Assembly: GCA_035345235.1 (NCBI GenBank)
Contig: DAORCC010000002.1
Location: forward strand, 8,838 to 60,310
Reading direction: 5' to 3'
Length of the DNA: 51,473 bases
Origin: Azospira sp.
GTDB taxonomy: Bacteria > Pseudomonadota > Gammaproteobacteria > Burkholderiales > Rhodocyclaceae
This document shows, in pieces, positions 9,835 to 19,523 of this stretch (the stretch's first letter is position 1; each line of letters opens with the position of its first letter). The notes below the pieces were generated by a model. It did not search any database. It saw nothing but the letters and a program-made list of their open reading frames with translations, and was not told the DNA's origin. The position numbers and the translations under genes were made by a program.

Positions 9835-11760
9835 ATGCAAAGAAGAATTCTCAAACTAGGGCTGCTTGCCGCCGCCTTATGTGCCGCCGGTCTCGCCGGT
9901 GCGCAAACCGCCGGCGAGCGCAAGCTGCCGCATCGAACGCTGAAGGAAGTGGCGCAGCAGGCCGTGCTGAACAGCCCCGAGGTGCGCGCGCGCTGGCACG
10001 CCTTCCAGGAAGCCTCGGAGGAAGTCGGCGTCGTGCGCGGCGGTTTCCTGCCGCGCGTCGACGTCACGGCGGGCAAGGGCAAGGAAAAGCTGGACCAGCC
10101 GAGCGCCGGCCTCAACGACAAGGACTACACCCGCCACGGCCATGTCGTCAGCCTCAACCAGATGCTGTTCGACGGCCTGCTGACCTACAACGAGGTGAAG
10201 CGTGCCGGCCGCGCCCGCCTCGTCCGCTACTTCGAATTCCTCGACGCGTCCGAGACCGCCGCGCTGGAAGCCTCGCGCGCCTACTTCGACGTCATCCGCT
10301 TTCGCTACCGGGTCTTCCTCGCCGAGAAGAACTACATCGAGCACCGCATCGCCTTCGAACAGCTGAAGCGGCGTGCGGAATCCGGCGTCGGTCGCCGCGT
10401 CGATGTGGAGCAGGCGGGCAGCCGCCTGGCGCTCGCCGACGTAAACCTGACCACCGAGATGGCCAACCTGCACGACGTGACCGCGCGTTTCACGCGTATC
10501 GTCGGCGAGGCGCCCCCCGCCGTCGCCTTCCTGCCGGGGCGACTTTCGCAGGGCTTGCCGGGGTCGATGGACCAGGCCCTGGCGAAGGCCCTCGAGCATA
10601 ACCCGGCGCTGCGCGCCTCGATCGAGAACAGCGAAGCGGCGGTCTATGACCTCGCGGCACGGCGTTCCGCCTTCATGCCGAAGCTCGAGCTGCGCGCCCG
10701 CGATGACAGCGCCAACAATGTGCTCGGCGTGCCGGGCGACCGTTCGAACAAGGTCGTCGAGGCGGTCGTCACCTATAACCTTTTCAACGGCTTCTCCGAC
10801 GTCTACCGCAACCGGCAGTATGCGGAACGCCGGAACATTACCCTCGACCAGCGCGAGAAGGCCTGCCGCGACATGCGTCAGACGCTGTCGATCGCCTACA
10901 ACGACATCGGCCGCCTCAACGACCAGCTTTCCTTCATCGGCATTCAGGTCAGCCTCGTCGAAAAGACGCGCGACGCCTATCGCGACCAGTTCAACATCGG
11001 CCAGCGTTCGCTGCTCGATCTGCTCGATACGCAGAACGAACTGTTCAATGCACAGCTCGCACAGGTGAACGCCGACATCGACCTGGCGCTCGCCTATGTG
11101 CGCAGCTACGCCGGCATGGGCCGCCTGCTCGAGCAGCTGACGCTCAAGCAGGTCGATCCCGACGAGGCGCCGGGTGGCGATGAGTTTACGAAGCCGCAAT
11201 TGAACGAGTTGTGCCCGCCGCTTGCACCGGCGGCCTCCTCGGTCGATCGCGAGAGCCTCAATTACCGTGCGCTGGCCGAAATGAATGCCAGTGCCAGCCT
11301 GGTCGGGCGCGGCCCGGCCCCGGCACCTGTTGTCGCGCCAGTTGATGCGCCGGTGGCTTCTCCTGCGCCCGCCGAGGCTGCGCAGAACGATGCCGTCGCA
11401 GTCGACGCCGAGGTCGAGCAGCGGCTTACCGCCTGGGCCGCGGCCTGGTCGGCCCGCGATGTCGCTGCCTATCTGGCGTTCTATGACCCCAGCTTCCAGC
11501 CTGCCAATGGCAGTTCGTACTCCCTGTGGCGCAACCAGCGCGAACTGCGACTGCGCAGTGCCGGCGATATCCGCGTTGGCGTCTCGAAGCTGGAACTGAC
11601 CCGGCATGGCAGGGGCGAGGTCAGCACGCGCTTCCTGCAGGATTACAGCGAGGGCGGCCGTCGCGAGCGCAGCGAGAAGGTGCTCGTCTGGCTGCTCAAG
11701 GACGGCCAGTGGCGGATCGTGCGCGAAGTGGCGCAGCGTGCCGGCAAGCCGGGCCAGTGA
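9835..11760 (+). CDS. TolC-family T1SS outer-membrane protein (LapE/AggA-like) with C-terminal NTF2-like domain
   Basis: ATG at 9835 after GAGGA; signal peptide; AVLNSPEV, GGFLPRVD, LNQMLFDG, YRDQFNIGQRSLLDLLDTQNELF. A Pro/Ala linker is followed by WAAAWSARDVAAYLAFYDPSF...W.IVRE. Confidence 0.9.
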   Translation: MQRRILKLGLLAAALCAAGLAGAQTAGERKLPHRTLKEVAQQAVLNSPEVRARWHAFQEASEEVGVVRGGFLPRVDVTAGKGKEKLDQPSAGLNDKDYTRHGHVVSLNQMLFDGLLTYNEVKRAGRARLVRYFEFLDASETAALEASRAYFDVIRFRYRVFLAEKNYIEHRIAFEQLKRRAESGVGRRVDVEQAGSRLALADVNLTTEMANLHDVTARFTRIVGEAPPAVAFLPGRLSQGLPGSMDQALAKALEHNPALRASIENSEAAVYDLAARRSAFMPKLELRARDDSANNVLGVPGDRSNKVVEAVVTYNLFNGFSDVYRNRQYAERRNITLDQREKACRDMRQTLSIAYNDIGRLNDQLSFIGIQVSLVEKTRDAYRDQFNIGQRSLLDLLDTQNELFNAQLAQVNADIDLALAYVRSYAGMGRLLEQLTLKQVDPDEAPGGDEFTKPQLNELCPPLAPAASSVDRESLNYRALAEMNASASLVGRGPAPAPVVAPVDAPVASPAPAEAAQNDAVAVDAEVEQRLTAWAAAWSARDVAAYLAFYDPSFQPANGSSYSLWRNQRELRLRSAGDIRVGVSKLELTRHGRGEVSTRFLQDYSEGGRRERSEKVLVWLLKDGQWRIVREVAQRAGKPGQ

Positions 11761-11767
11761 GAGGTTG

Positions 11768-12784
11768 ATGATGTTCAATGGAATGATGATTCGCTCCGTG
11801 TCCGGCCTGGTGTCGGGCTTCACGCTGTTCTGCGCCGCTGCCGTCGCCGCGCCGCCGCCGTCGCTGGCCTTGCCCCCCGCCGCCGACATTCCCACTCCAG
11901 CCGCCAGCGCCTCCTCCTCCCCGGCATCGCTCGAACCGCCGCCGGGCTACCAGCCGCCGCCGAAGACACTGGAGCGCATTGCGCAGCGCGGTGCCATCTA
12001 CGTGGCGCACCGCGAGGCCTCGATTCCGTTTTCCTACACCGATGACGAAGGCCGCTTGCATGGCTACTCCTGGGAGCTCTGCATGCGCATCGTCGATGCC
12101 GTGAAGGCGCGCCTGAACCAGCCGTCGATCGAGGTCGTGCCGGTTTTCGCAACGCCCAGTTCGCGCATCATGATGGTCGAGTCCGGCGTCGTGGACCTCT
12201 ACTGCGGTTCGGCGACGAACACCGAGCAGCGGGCGCGCTACGTGAGTTTCAGCAATACCTACTTCGTCGCCGGCGTGAAGGGCCTTGTGCGCAAGGATTC
12301 CGGCATCCGCTCGGTTGAGGACCTGAAGGGCCGGACCGTCGTCACCACTGCCGGCACGACCTCGGACGGCTACGTCAAGGGGGCGACCGCCCGGCGAAAT
12401 ATCTTCGTCAACCTGCGCACGGCGCGGACGCACCAGGACGCCTTCAATGAAGTGCTGAGCGGCAAGGCAGATGTCTTCGTGCTCGATGACATCCTGCTCA
12501 AGGGGCTGCTGGCCAATTCGTCGCAGGCCGATGCCTACAAGCTGGTCATCCTCGACGAGTCCTTCGGCTTCGAGCCCTACGGCCTGATGTTGCGAAAGGG
12601 CGACCCGGAATTCAAGCGCATCGTCGACGAGACGCTGCTGGCTCTCTATCGCAGCGGGGAAATCGAGCGGATCTATGCGAAGTGGTTCCAGTCGGCGATT
12701 CCGCCGACAGGCATCAATCTCGACCTGCCGATGGGTCCGGAACTGAAGCAGTTGATCAAGACGCCGAACGACCGCGGCATCTGA
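11768..12784 (+). CDS. Amino-acid ABC transporter substrate-binding protein (GltI-like)
   Basis: TLERIAQRG..AHREASIPFSY, CGSATNTEQR, VSFSNTYF, FVLDDILL, EPYGLMLRKGD, IYAKWFQSAIPP; signal peptide plus Pro-rich linker. Confidence 0.88.
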   Translation: MMFNGMMIRSVSGLVSGFTLFCAAAVAAPPPSLALPPAADIPTPAASASSSPASLEPPPGYQPPPKTLERIAQRGAIYVAHREASIPFSYTDDEGRLHGYSWELCMRIVDAVKARLNQPSIEVVPVFATPSSRIMMVESGVVDLYCGSATNTEQRARYVSFSNTYFVAGVKGLVRKDSGIRSVEDLKGRTVVTTAGTTSDGYVKGATARRNIFVNLRTARTHQDAFNEVLSGKADVFVLDDILLKGLLANSSQADAYKLVILDESFGFEPYGLMLRKGDPEFKRIVDETLLALYRSGEIERIYAKWFQSAIPPTGINLDLPMGPELKQLIKTPNDRGI

Positions 12785-12809
12785 TCCGGCGCCTGGCCGG
12801 AAGGTGGGA

Positions 12810-12830
12810 GAGGGGCGCTCGACGCCCCTC
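12810..12830. terminator. Hairpin between convergent SBP and YqaA-family genes
   Basis: GAGGGGCG-ctcga-CGCCCCTC perfect 8-bp stem. Confidence 0.55.
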
Positions 12831-12837
12831 GTTCCGT

Positions 12838-13260
12838 TTACAGGCCGGCACCCTGCGCGACGAGCCAGTAGCGCGCTGCCTTGCCGGCAGCCATGAAGAG
12901 CAGGCAGGGCAGCCAGTGGAGGCGCAGCCAGCCGGCTGCCACGCAGAGGGCGTCACCGATCAGCGGCACCCACGAGAGGAGCAGCGCGGCGGCGCCATGC
13001 CGGCGCATGGTGTCGAGATGCGGCAAGGAATCAAGCCGGCGCCAGGCCGGCAGCCAGCGGCCGCAGGCCCAGGAGGTCATGCCGCCGGCGGTGTTGCCGA
13101 GCGTCGCGAGCAGCAGGGCGGCATCACGCTCCTCGGGGTGCAGCCTGAGAAAGGCGAAAAGCAGCGCCTCGGAGCCGCCGGGCAGCAGCGTCGCCGACAG
13201 GAAGCTGCCGGCAAAAAGCCCCCAGAGGCCGGCTTCGGCCGAAAGGTTCAACCAGTCCAA
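12838..13260 (-). CDS. YqaA/DedA (SNARE-associated) family membrane protein
   Basis: SFLSATLLPGGSEA, ATLGNTAGG, LLLSWVPLIGDALCVAAGWLR, GKAARY. Confidence 0.88.
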   Translation of the reverse strand: MDWLNLSAEAGLWGLFAGSFLSATLLPGGSEALLFAFLRLHPEERDAALLLATLGNTAGGMTSWACGRWLPAWRRLDSLPHLDTMRRHGAAALLLSWVPLIGDALCVAAGWLRLHWLPCLLFMAAGKAARYWLVAQGAGL

Positions 13261-13299
13261 GATGTTAGAATCCCCGGCTCATTCAAGGAAAAAAGCACC

Positions 13300-14811
13300 A
13301 TGCACCCGGACTATCTGGAAAAAATCCTCACCGCACAGGTCTACGATGTTGCCATCGAGTCGCCGCTCGATGCGGCGCCCAATCTTTCGGCGCGTACCGG
13401 CAACCGGATTTTCCTCAAGCGCGAGGACATGCAGCCGGTGTTCTCTTTCAAACTGCGCGGCGCCTACAACAAGATCGTCAAGCTCTCGCCGGAGAAGCTG
13501 AAGCGTGGAGTGATCTGCGCCTCGGCCGGCAATCATGCCCAGGGCGTGGCGCTTTCCGCCGCGAAGATCGGTTGCCGTGCCGTCATCGTGATGCCGACTA
13601 CGACGCCGCAGATCAAGATCCAGGCGGTGAAGAACCGTGGCGGCGAAGTGGTGCTTGCCGGCGATTCCTATGACGAGGCCTACGCGCATGCGCTCGAACT
13701 CGAAAAGGCGGAGAAGCTGACCTTCGTGCACCCCTTCGACGACCCGGAAGTGATCGCCGGGCAGGGCACGATCGGTATGGAGATCCTGCGTCAGCACCCG
13801 AAAAAGATCGACGCGGTGTTCTGCTGCGTCGGCGGCGGCGGGCTGATCGCCGGCGTCGCGGCCTACATCAAGCGCCTGCGGCCCGACACGAAGATCATCG
13901 GCGTCGAGGCCATGGATGCCGACGCGATGGATCGTTCGCTGAAGGCCGGCAAGCGCGTGAAGCTGTCGCAGGTCGGCCTCTTCGCCGACGGTGCGGCGGT
14001 GAAGACGGTCGGCGAGGAAACCTTCCGCCTCGCCCAGCAGTATGTCGACGAGATGGTACTGGTCGACACCGATGCCATCTGCGCTGCGATCAAGGATGTC
14101 TTCGAGGACACGCGTGCCATCCTCGAGCCGGCTGGTGCGCTGGCCGTCGCCGGTGCCAAGGAATACGCCAAGCGGCACAAGCTGAAGGACAAGACGCTGG
14201 TCGCCATCGCCTCCGGCGCCAACGTGAACTTCGATCGCCTGCGTTTCGTCGCCGAACGCGCCGAAATCGGCGAGCAGCGCGAGGCCGTCCTCGCAGTCAC
14301 GTTGCCGGAGAAGCCCGGCAGCTACAAGAAGTTCGTTTCGCTGATCGGTTCGCGCAGCATCACGGAATTCAACTATCGCTACAACGACCGGGCCGAGGCG
14401 CATGTCTACGTCGGCGTACAGGTGGCCAATCGCGCCGAGTCGCTGAAGCTGGTCGACAGCCTCGAAAAGCACGGCTACGCGACGCTCGATCTCACCGATG
14501 ACGAAATGGCCAAGCTGCATATCCGCCACCTCGTCGGTGGCCATGCGCCGGGGATCGAGAACGAGATCCTCTACCGCTTCGAGTTTCCCGAGCGTCCCGG
14601 CGCGCTGATGAACTTCCTCAACAGCATGAGTGCAGGCTGGAACATCAGCCTTTTCCACTACCGCAACCACGGCGCCGACTACGGCCGCGTGCTGGTCGGC
14701 ATGCAGGTGCCGGCGAAGGAGAAGGGCGCCTTCCGGGAATTCCTGAAGAACCTCGGCTACCGCCACTGGGAAGAGACGAACAATCCGGCTTACAAGTTGT
14801 TCCTGGGCTGA
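13300..14811 (+). CDS. ilvA: Threonine ammonia-lyase, biosynthetic
   Basis: [34 protein letters not shown]-terminal ACT-like repeats ([25 protein letters not shown]). Confidence 0.97.
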   Translation: MHPDYLEKILTAQVYDVAIESPLDAAPNLSARTGNRIFLKREDMQPVFSFKLRGAYNKIVKLSPEKLKRGVICASAGNHAQGVALSAAKIGCRAVIVMPTTTPQIKIQAVKNRGGEVVLAGDSYDEAYAHALELEKAEKLTFVHPFDDPEVIAGQGTIGMEILRQHPKKIDAVFCCVGGGGLIAGVAAYIKRLRPDTKIIGVEAMDADAMDRSLKAGKRVKLSQVGLFADGAAVKTVGEETFRLAQQYVDEMVLVDTDAICAAIKDVFEDTRAILEPAGALAVAGAKEYAKRHKLKDKTLVAIASGANVNFDRLRFVAERAEIGEQREAVLAVTLPEKPGSYKKFVSLIGSRSITEFNYRYNDRAEAHVYVGVQVANRAESLKLVDSLEKHGYATLDLTDDEMAKLHIRHLVGGHAPGIENEILYRFEFPERPGALMNFLNSMSAGWNISLFHYRNHGADYGRVLVGMQVPAKEKGAFREFLKNLGYRHWEETNNPAYKLFLG

Positions 14812-14836
14812 ACAGGAATCCAAAGGAGAGAGACAG

Positions 14837-15769
14837 ATGAAGATCGCCGACAATGTCACCGCCCTCATCGGCAATACCCCCCTGGTCAAACTCAACCGCG
14901 TCACTGACGGGATCCGGGGAACGGTCGTCGCCAAGCTGGAGTTCTTCAACCCGGCGCATAGCGTCAAGGATCGCATCGCGGCCGCGATGATCGATGCCGC
15001 GCAGGCCGCCGGAAAAATCGGTCCGGATACGGTCGTGCTCGAACCGACCTCCGGCAACACCGGCATCGGCCTGGCCATGGTCTGCGCCGCGCGCGGCATC
15101 AAATGCGCCTTCGTGATGCCGGAGACGATGAGCCGCGAGCGCCGCTTGCTGCTCAAGGCCTATGGCGCCGAGCTGATCCTGACGCCGGGCCCGGACGGCA
15201 TGGGTGGCGCAATCCGCAAGGCCGAGGAGCTGGCTGCAACGGACGCCCGTTACTTCATTCCGCAGCAGTTCGAGAATCCTGCCAACCCGGCGGTCCATCG
15301 CAGCACCACTGCCGAGGAAATCTGGCGCGATACCGAGGGCGCGGTCGACATCGTCGTCTCGGGCGTCGGTACCGGCGGCACCATCACCGGTATCGGCGAA
15401 GCACTGAAGGAACGCAAGCCCGGGGTCAAGATCATCGCGGTCGAACCCGATGCCTCGCCGGTCCTGTCCGGTGGCGCCAAGGGACCGCATCCGATCCAGG
15501 GGATTGGCGCCGGCTTCGTGCCGAAGGTGCTCAATACCGGCATCTACAACGAAGTCTGCCGCGTCAGGAACGAGGACGCCTTCGCAATGGCACGCCGCAT
15601 GGCGACCGAGGAGGGGCTGCTCGTCGGCATCTCGTCCGGGGCCGCCGTGCATGCCGCACTCGAGATCGCACGTCGGCCGGAGAATGCCGGGAAGCTCACG
15701 GTCGTCATCATTCCGTCGTTCGGCGAGCGCTATCTGTCGACGGCGCTCTACTCGCACCTCGAAGTTTGA
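14837..15769 (+). CDS. cysK: Cysteine synthase A
   Basis: [52 protein letters not shown]. Confidence 0.96.
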   Translation: MKIADNVTALIGNTPLVKLNRVTDGIRGTVVAKLEFFNPAHSVKDRIAAAMIDAAQAAGKIGPDTVVLEPTSGNTGIGLAMVCAARGIKCAFVMPETMSRERRLLLKAYGAELILTPGPDGMGGAIRKAEELAATDARYFIPQQFENPANPAVHRSTTAEEIWRDTEGAVDIVVSGVGTGGTITGIGEALKERKPGVKIIAVEPDASPVLSGGAKGPHPIQGIGAGFVPKVLNTGIYNEVCRVRNEDAFAMARRMATEEGLLVGISSGAAVHAALEIARRPENAGKLTVVIIPSFGERYLSTALYSHLEV

Positions 15770-16929
15770 GCGAGCGCTTCAATTTCGACCGGGTCATCGA
15801 TCGCCGCGGAGGCGCATTCGCCGACTCGGTCAAATGGAATCGCTATGCCGGTTCCGACACCCTGCCGCTGTGGGTGGCCGACATGGATTTTGCGGCGCCG
15901 CCGGCTGTCGTCGACGCGCTGCATGGCCGTGTCGAACATGGCGTCTTCGGCTATGCCGACACCTGGCCCGGGCTGACCGAAGCGGTCCGCCAACACCTTG
16001 CGGATTCCTATGGCTGGCAAATCGAGCCCGACTGGCTGGTGTGGCTGCCCGGCCTTGTCACCGGCCTCAACGTCGCCTGCCGGGCGGTCGATGGCGATGT
16101 CCTGACGACGACACCCGTCTACCCGCCGTTCATGTCCGCACCACGCTTGTCCGGACGCGGGCTGGCGACCGTGGATCTGGTGCAAGTCGCGGGGCGCTGG
16201 CGCTGGGACTGGCCGGCACTGACCGCCGCACTGACGCCGCAGACCCGTCTGCTGCTGCTCTGTCACCCCCACAACCCGGTCGGCCGCGCCTGGCAGGCCG
16301 ATGAACTGGCTGAAATTGCCGACTTCTGCACGCGGCATGACCTGATCGTCTGCTCCGACGAGATTCACTGCGACCTGATGCTCGAGGAGCGCTGCCATGT
16401 GCCGCTGGCGATGGGGGGTGAGGACATCGCACGGCGCAGCATCACGCTGATGGCACCGTCGAAAACCTTCAACGTTCCCGGCCTCGGCTGTGCCTTCGCG
16501 ATCATTCCGGATCCGGTGCTGCGCCGCACTTTCACCCGTGCGATGGCCGGCATCGTGCCACACGTCAATCTGCTCGGCCTGATCGCCTGCGAAGCGGCGC
16601 TACGCGACGGTGGCGCCTGGCAACAGGCACTGCTTGCCGTATTGCGCCGCAACCGCGATCTCGTGCAGGCAACGGTCGATGCCTTGCCGGGCGTCTCGAT
16701 GACGCCGGTCGAGGCCACCTATCTGGCGTGGATCGATGTCCGCGGCCTGGGGCTGCAGAACCCGCATCGTCACTTCGAGGCGCATGGCCTCGGGCTCTCG
16801 GATGGCGCCGACTTCGGGGCGCCGGGCTGGCTGCGCCTCAATTTCGGTTGCCCGCTGCCGATCCTGCAGGAAGCCCTGCGCCGCTTCAGTGCGGCGATCG
16901 ACGCGGCTGAATCAGCACCGAATCGGTAA
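15766..16929 (+). CDS. PatB/MalY family PLP-dependent C-S lyase (cystathionine beta-lyase)
   Basis: TTG start overlapping the cysK stop; [62 protein letters not shown]. Confidence 0.92.
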   Translation: MSERFNFDRVIDRRGGAFADSVKWNRYAGSDTLPLWVADMDFAAPPAVVDALHGRVEHGVFGYADTWPGLTEAVRQHLADSYGWQIEPDWLVWLPGLVTGLNVACRAVDGDVLTTTPVYPPFMSAPRLSGRGLATVDLVQVAGRWRWDWPALTAALTPQTRLLLLCHPHNPVGRAWQADELAEIADFCTRHDLIVCSDEIHCDLMLEERCHVPLAMGGEDIARRSITLMAPSKTFNVPGLGCAFAIIPDPVLRRTFTRAMAGIVPHVNLLGLIACEAALRDGGAWQQALLAVLRRNRDLVQATVDALPGVSMTPVEATYLAWIDVRGLGLQNPHRHFEAHGLGLSDGADFGAPGWLRLNFGCPLPILQEALRRFSAAIDAAESAPNR

Positions 16930-17485
16930 CGATCATGTCGAGCGGCAGGTCGTGATCCTGCGGGCGTGTCGAGGGCACCTGCTGGAAATCGAAGCCGACG
17001 CCGATCGCTAGCGGTCGCGGTGACAGCGTTGCCAGCGTACGATCGAAAAAGCCGCCCCCGTAGCCGATCCGGAACCCTGCCGCATCGAAGGCGTTCACCG
17101 GCAGCAACAGGATCTGCGGTATCAGGAAGTCGCCGTCGGTCGGCGTGGGGATGTCGTAACGATCCGGAACGAGCGGCTGTTCCGGCCACCATTCGCGGAA
17201 AGCCAGTGGTTCGCCGGGGCGTACGACCACCGGCAGCACGATGCGCTTGCCGTCGGCATGAAGGGCCTGCATCAGCGGCCGCAGGTCTGGTTCGTTCTGG
17301 ACCGGCCAGCAGAAGGCGAAGACCTGCCCCGTGAACGAGGGCAGGACCCCGGCGAGCTGCGCCCGCAATGCTGACGAGCGCGCGGCATGTTCCTCCGGTG
17401 ACAGCGCCATGCGACACGCAATCATCTCGCGCCGCAAGGCAAGGCGAAATTCGCGGTCATCCGTATCGCGATCAGGCGGGTTCAT
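16886..17485 (-). CDS. 5-formyltetrahydrofolate cyclo-ligase
   Basis: [52 protein letters not shown]; ATG at 17485. Confidence 0.92.
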   Translation of the reverse strand: MNPPDRDTDDREFRLALRREMIACRMALSPEEHAARSSALRAQLAGVLPSFTGQVFAFCWPVQNEPDLRPLMQALHADGKRIVLPVVVRPGEPLAFREWWPEQPLVPDRYDIPTPTDGDFLIPQILLLPVNAFDAAGFRIGYGGGFFDRTLATLSPRPLAIGVGFDFQQVPSTRPQDHDLPLDMIVTDSVLIQPRRSPH

Positions 17486-17564
17486 TGTGCTATGCTCGGG
17501 GCCATCGTTGATCCTGCCGAAGCCTGATTCCACAAGGCTTCCGGTACTTGCTGCAGCTTATCAC

Positions 17565-19523
17565 ATGACCCGTTTCCGCCTGCTTCTCCGTAGCATCCTC
17601 CCCATTTCGTTCGCTGTTGCCGCGTCAATGGCGATCGCCGCGCCGACGACAGGCAAGGACGAACGCTTCCTCGCTGCGCGCGACGCCTACCGGGTCGGTG
17701 ATCGCATCAAGCTCGAACGGCTTGCCGGTGAGCTGCGCGGCCACGATCTCGAGGATTATGTCGACTACTGGCTGCTCGTCGGTCGCCTGCCGGATCAGCT
17801 TGAACCGGCTGCTGCGCGCGAGTTCATTGCCCGCCACGAGCGTACTTACCTGGCCGAGAAGCTGCGCAGCGACTGGCTGAAGGTACTCGGCAAGAAGCAG
17901 CAGTGGAGCGAGTTCGACGTCGAGTATCCGAAGATCGTCGCACCCGACCAGGAGTTGGCCTGCTACGCGCTGCAGAGCCGCCGTGCGCGCGGCGACGCGA
18001 CCATGCTCGATGATGCACTGCCGCTGTGGACGACGCTGCTGGAACCGCCCGAGGCGTGCTATCCGGTACTCGAAGCGCTGATCTGGGAGAAGCGGGTACT
18101 GGCCGAAGAAGTCTGGGTACGCGTGCGGCGACAGGTCGAGGCCAACAAGATCGCCGCCGCCCGCTACAGCACGAATTACCTGCCACCGTCACAGACGCCG
18201 AGCGCCGGGCAGTTCGATGCCGCGGTCGACAAGCCGATGCCGACACTGGCCAAGCTGCCGGCCAACTGGGCAGAAAAGCGTCTCGGCCGCGAGCTGGCCG
18301 CAATCGCCATTCAGCGCGTCGCCAAGAGCGATCCGCGCATGGCCGCCGAACATCTCGAGAAGCTGGCACCGAAAATGGAAGAATCCGAGCGCACCTGGGC
18401 TTGGGGCCAGATCGGCTGGCAGGCGGCGCTGCGCCACATGCCGGAAGCCGTCGGCTGGTACAAGAAGACCGGCAACGTGCCGCTTTCCGACGAAGTGGCG
18501 CAATGGAAGGTGCGCGCCGCGTTGCGTGCACAGGACTGGGGCCTGGTGCGTTCGACCATCGAACGTATGCCGCCGGCACTGGCGGCGCTGCCGGAATGGA
18601 CCTACTGGCTGGGCCGCGCCTACAAGGCGGGCGGCCAGACGACCGAGGCCGATGCCCTGTTCCAGAAGATATCCGGCCAGCCGAACTTCTACGGCAACCT
18701 CGCCGACGACGAACTCGACCGGCCGATCCGCGTTCCGCCCAAAGCTGCCGCGCTGTCGCGTGACGAGGTCGTCGCCGCATCGACCAATCCCGGTCTCAAG
18801 CGGGCGCTGGCGCTGATCCGTGTGAACATGCGCGTCGAAGGCGTGCGCGAATGGAACTGGACCCTGCGTGGCATGAGCGACCGCGAGCTTCTGGCGGCGG
18901 CCGAACTCGCCAAACGCAACGACGTGTTCGACCGCGCCATCGCTGCTGCCGACCGCACGAAGAACGAACACGATTACAGCCTGCGCTACCTGTCGCCCTT
19001 CGACGACCAGGTCCGTCCCGCGGCGCAGAAGCAGTCGGTCGACGAGGCCTGGGTGTATGGCCTGATGCGACAGGAAAGCCGCTTCATCACGAACGCGAAA
19101 TCGACTGTCGGGGCTTCCGGTTTGATGCAATTGATGCCGGCGACGGCGAAGTGGGTGGCGAACAAGATCGGGCTGGCCAACTACAGCCACAGTCGCGTGA
19201 ACGATACCGAGACGAACCTGCTGCTTGGCACGACCTACATGCGCATGGTCATGGAAAGTCTCGACAACCATCCGGTGCTGGCCTCGGCCGCCTACAACGC
19301 CGGCCCCGGTCGTGCCCGCAAGTGGCGCGCCGACCGTCCGCTGGAAGGCGCCATCTACGCGGAAACGATCCCCTTCAACGAAACGCGTGACTACGTGAAG
19401 AAGGTGATGAGCAACGCGGTCTACTATTCCGCGCTGTTCGAGGACAAGCCGCAGACGCTGAAGCCGCGCCTGGGCGTCATCGCGCCGCGGGCCGATGCGC
19501 CGAAGGGCGAGGAACTGCCCTGA
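17565..19523 (+). CDS. slt: Soluble lytic murein transglycosylase (Slt70 family)
   Basis: Signal peptide, superhelical region, MRQESRF, GASGLMQLMPATA, AAYNAGPGR, ETIPFNETRDYVKKV. Confidence 0.94.
   Translation: MTRFRLLLRSILPISFAVAASMAIAAPTTGKDERFLAARDAYRVGDRIKLERLAGELRGHDLEDYVDYWLLVGRLPDQLEPAAAREFIARHERTYLAEKLRSDWLKVLGKKQQWSEFDVEYPKIVAPDQELACYALQSRRARGDATMLDDALPLWTTLLEPPEACYPVLEALIWEKRVLAEEVWVRVRRQVEANKIAAARYSTNYLPPSQTPSAGQFDAAVDKPMPTLAKLPANWAEKRLGRELAAIAIQRVAKSDPRMAAEHLEKLAPKMEESERTWAWGQIGWQAALRHMPEAVGWYKKTGNVPLSDEVAQWKVRAALRAQDWGLVRSTIERMPPALAALPEWTYWLGRAYKAGGQTTEADALFQKISGQPNFYGNLADDELDRPIRVPPKAAALSRDEVVAASTNPGLKRALALIRVNMRVEGVREWNWTLRGMSDRELLAAAELAKRNDVFDRAIAAADRTKNEHDYSLRYLSPFDDQVRPAAQKQSVDEAWVYGLMRQESRFITNAKSTVGASGLMQLMPATAKWVANKIGLANYSHSRVNDTETNLLLGTTYMRMVMESLDNHPVLASAAYNAGPGRARKWRADRPLEGAIYAETIPFNETRDYVKKVMSNAVYYSALFEDKPQTLKPRLGVIAPRADAPKGEELP

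Noticed and set aside
2736-11895. Long antisense ORFs (e.g. 4092-6527, 7202-9253, 9877-11895; also 13279-15156 and 36606-38687)
   Set aside because: They shadow well-supported genes on the opposite strand, have no recognisable motifs, and are expected from high GC3 codon bias.
16886-16929. 44-bp convergent overlap of patB and the cyclo-ligase (also 17 bp for cca/DUF2905)
   Set aside because: Short tail-to-tail overlaps are common in compact GC-rich genomes; no sign of a frameshift.
17486-17564. 6S RNA (ssrS), often found upstream of 5-FTHF cyclo-ligase
   Set aside because: Only about 79 bp separate the gene from the divergent slt; too short, and no 6S-like structure.
12682-17564. Long N-terminal extensions in the ORF track (ilvA, patB, slt; likewise recA, lptB, kinase)
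   Set aside because: They overlap neighbouring genes; downstream starts with ribosome-binding sites or family-typical N-termini were used instead.
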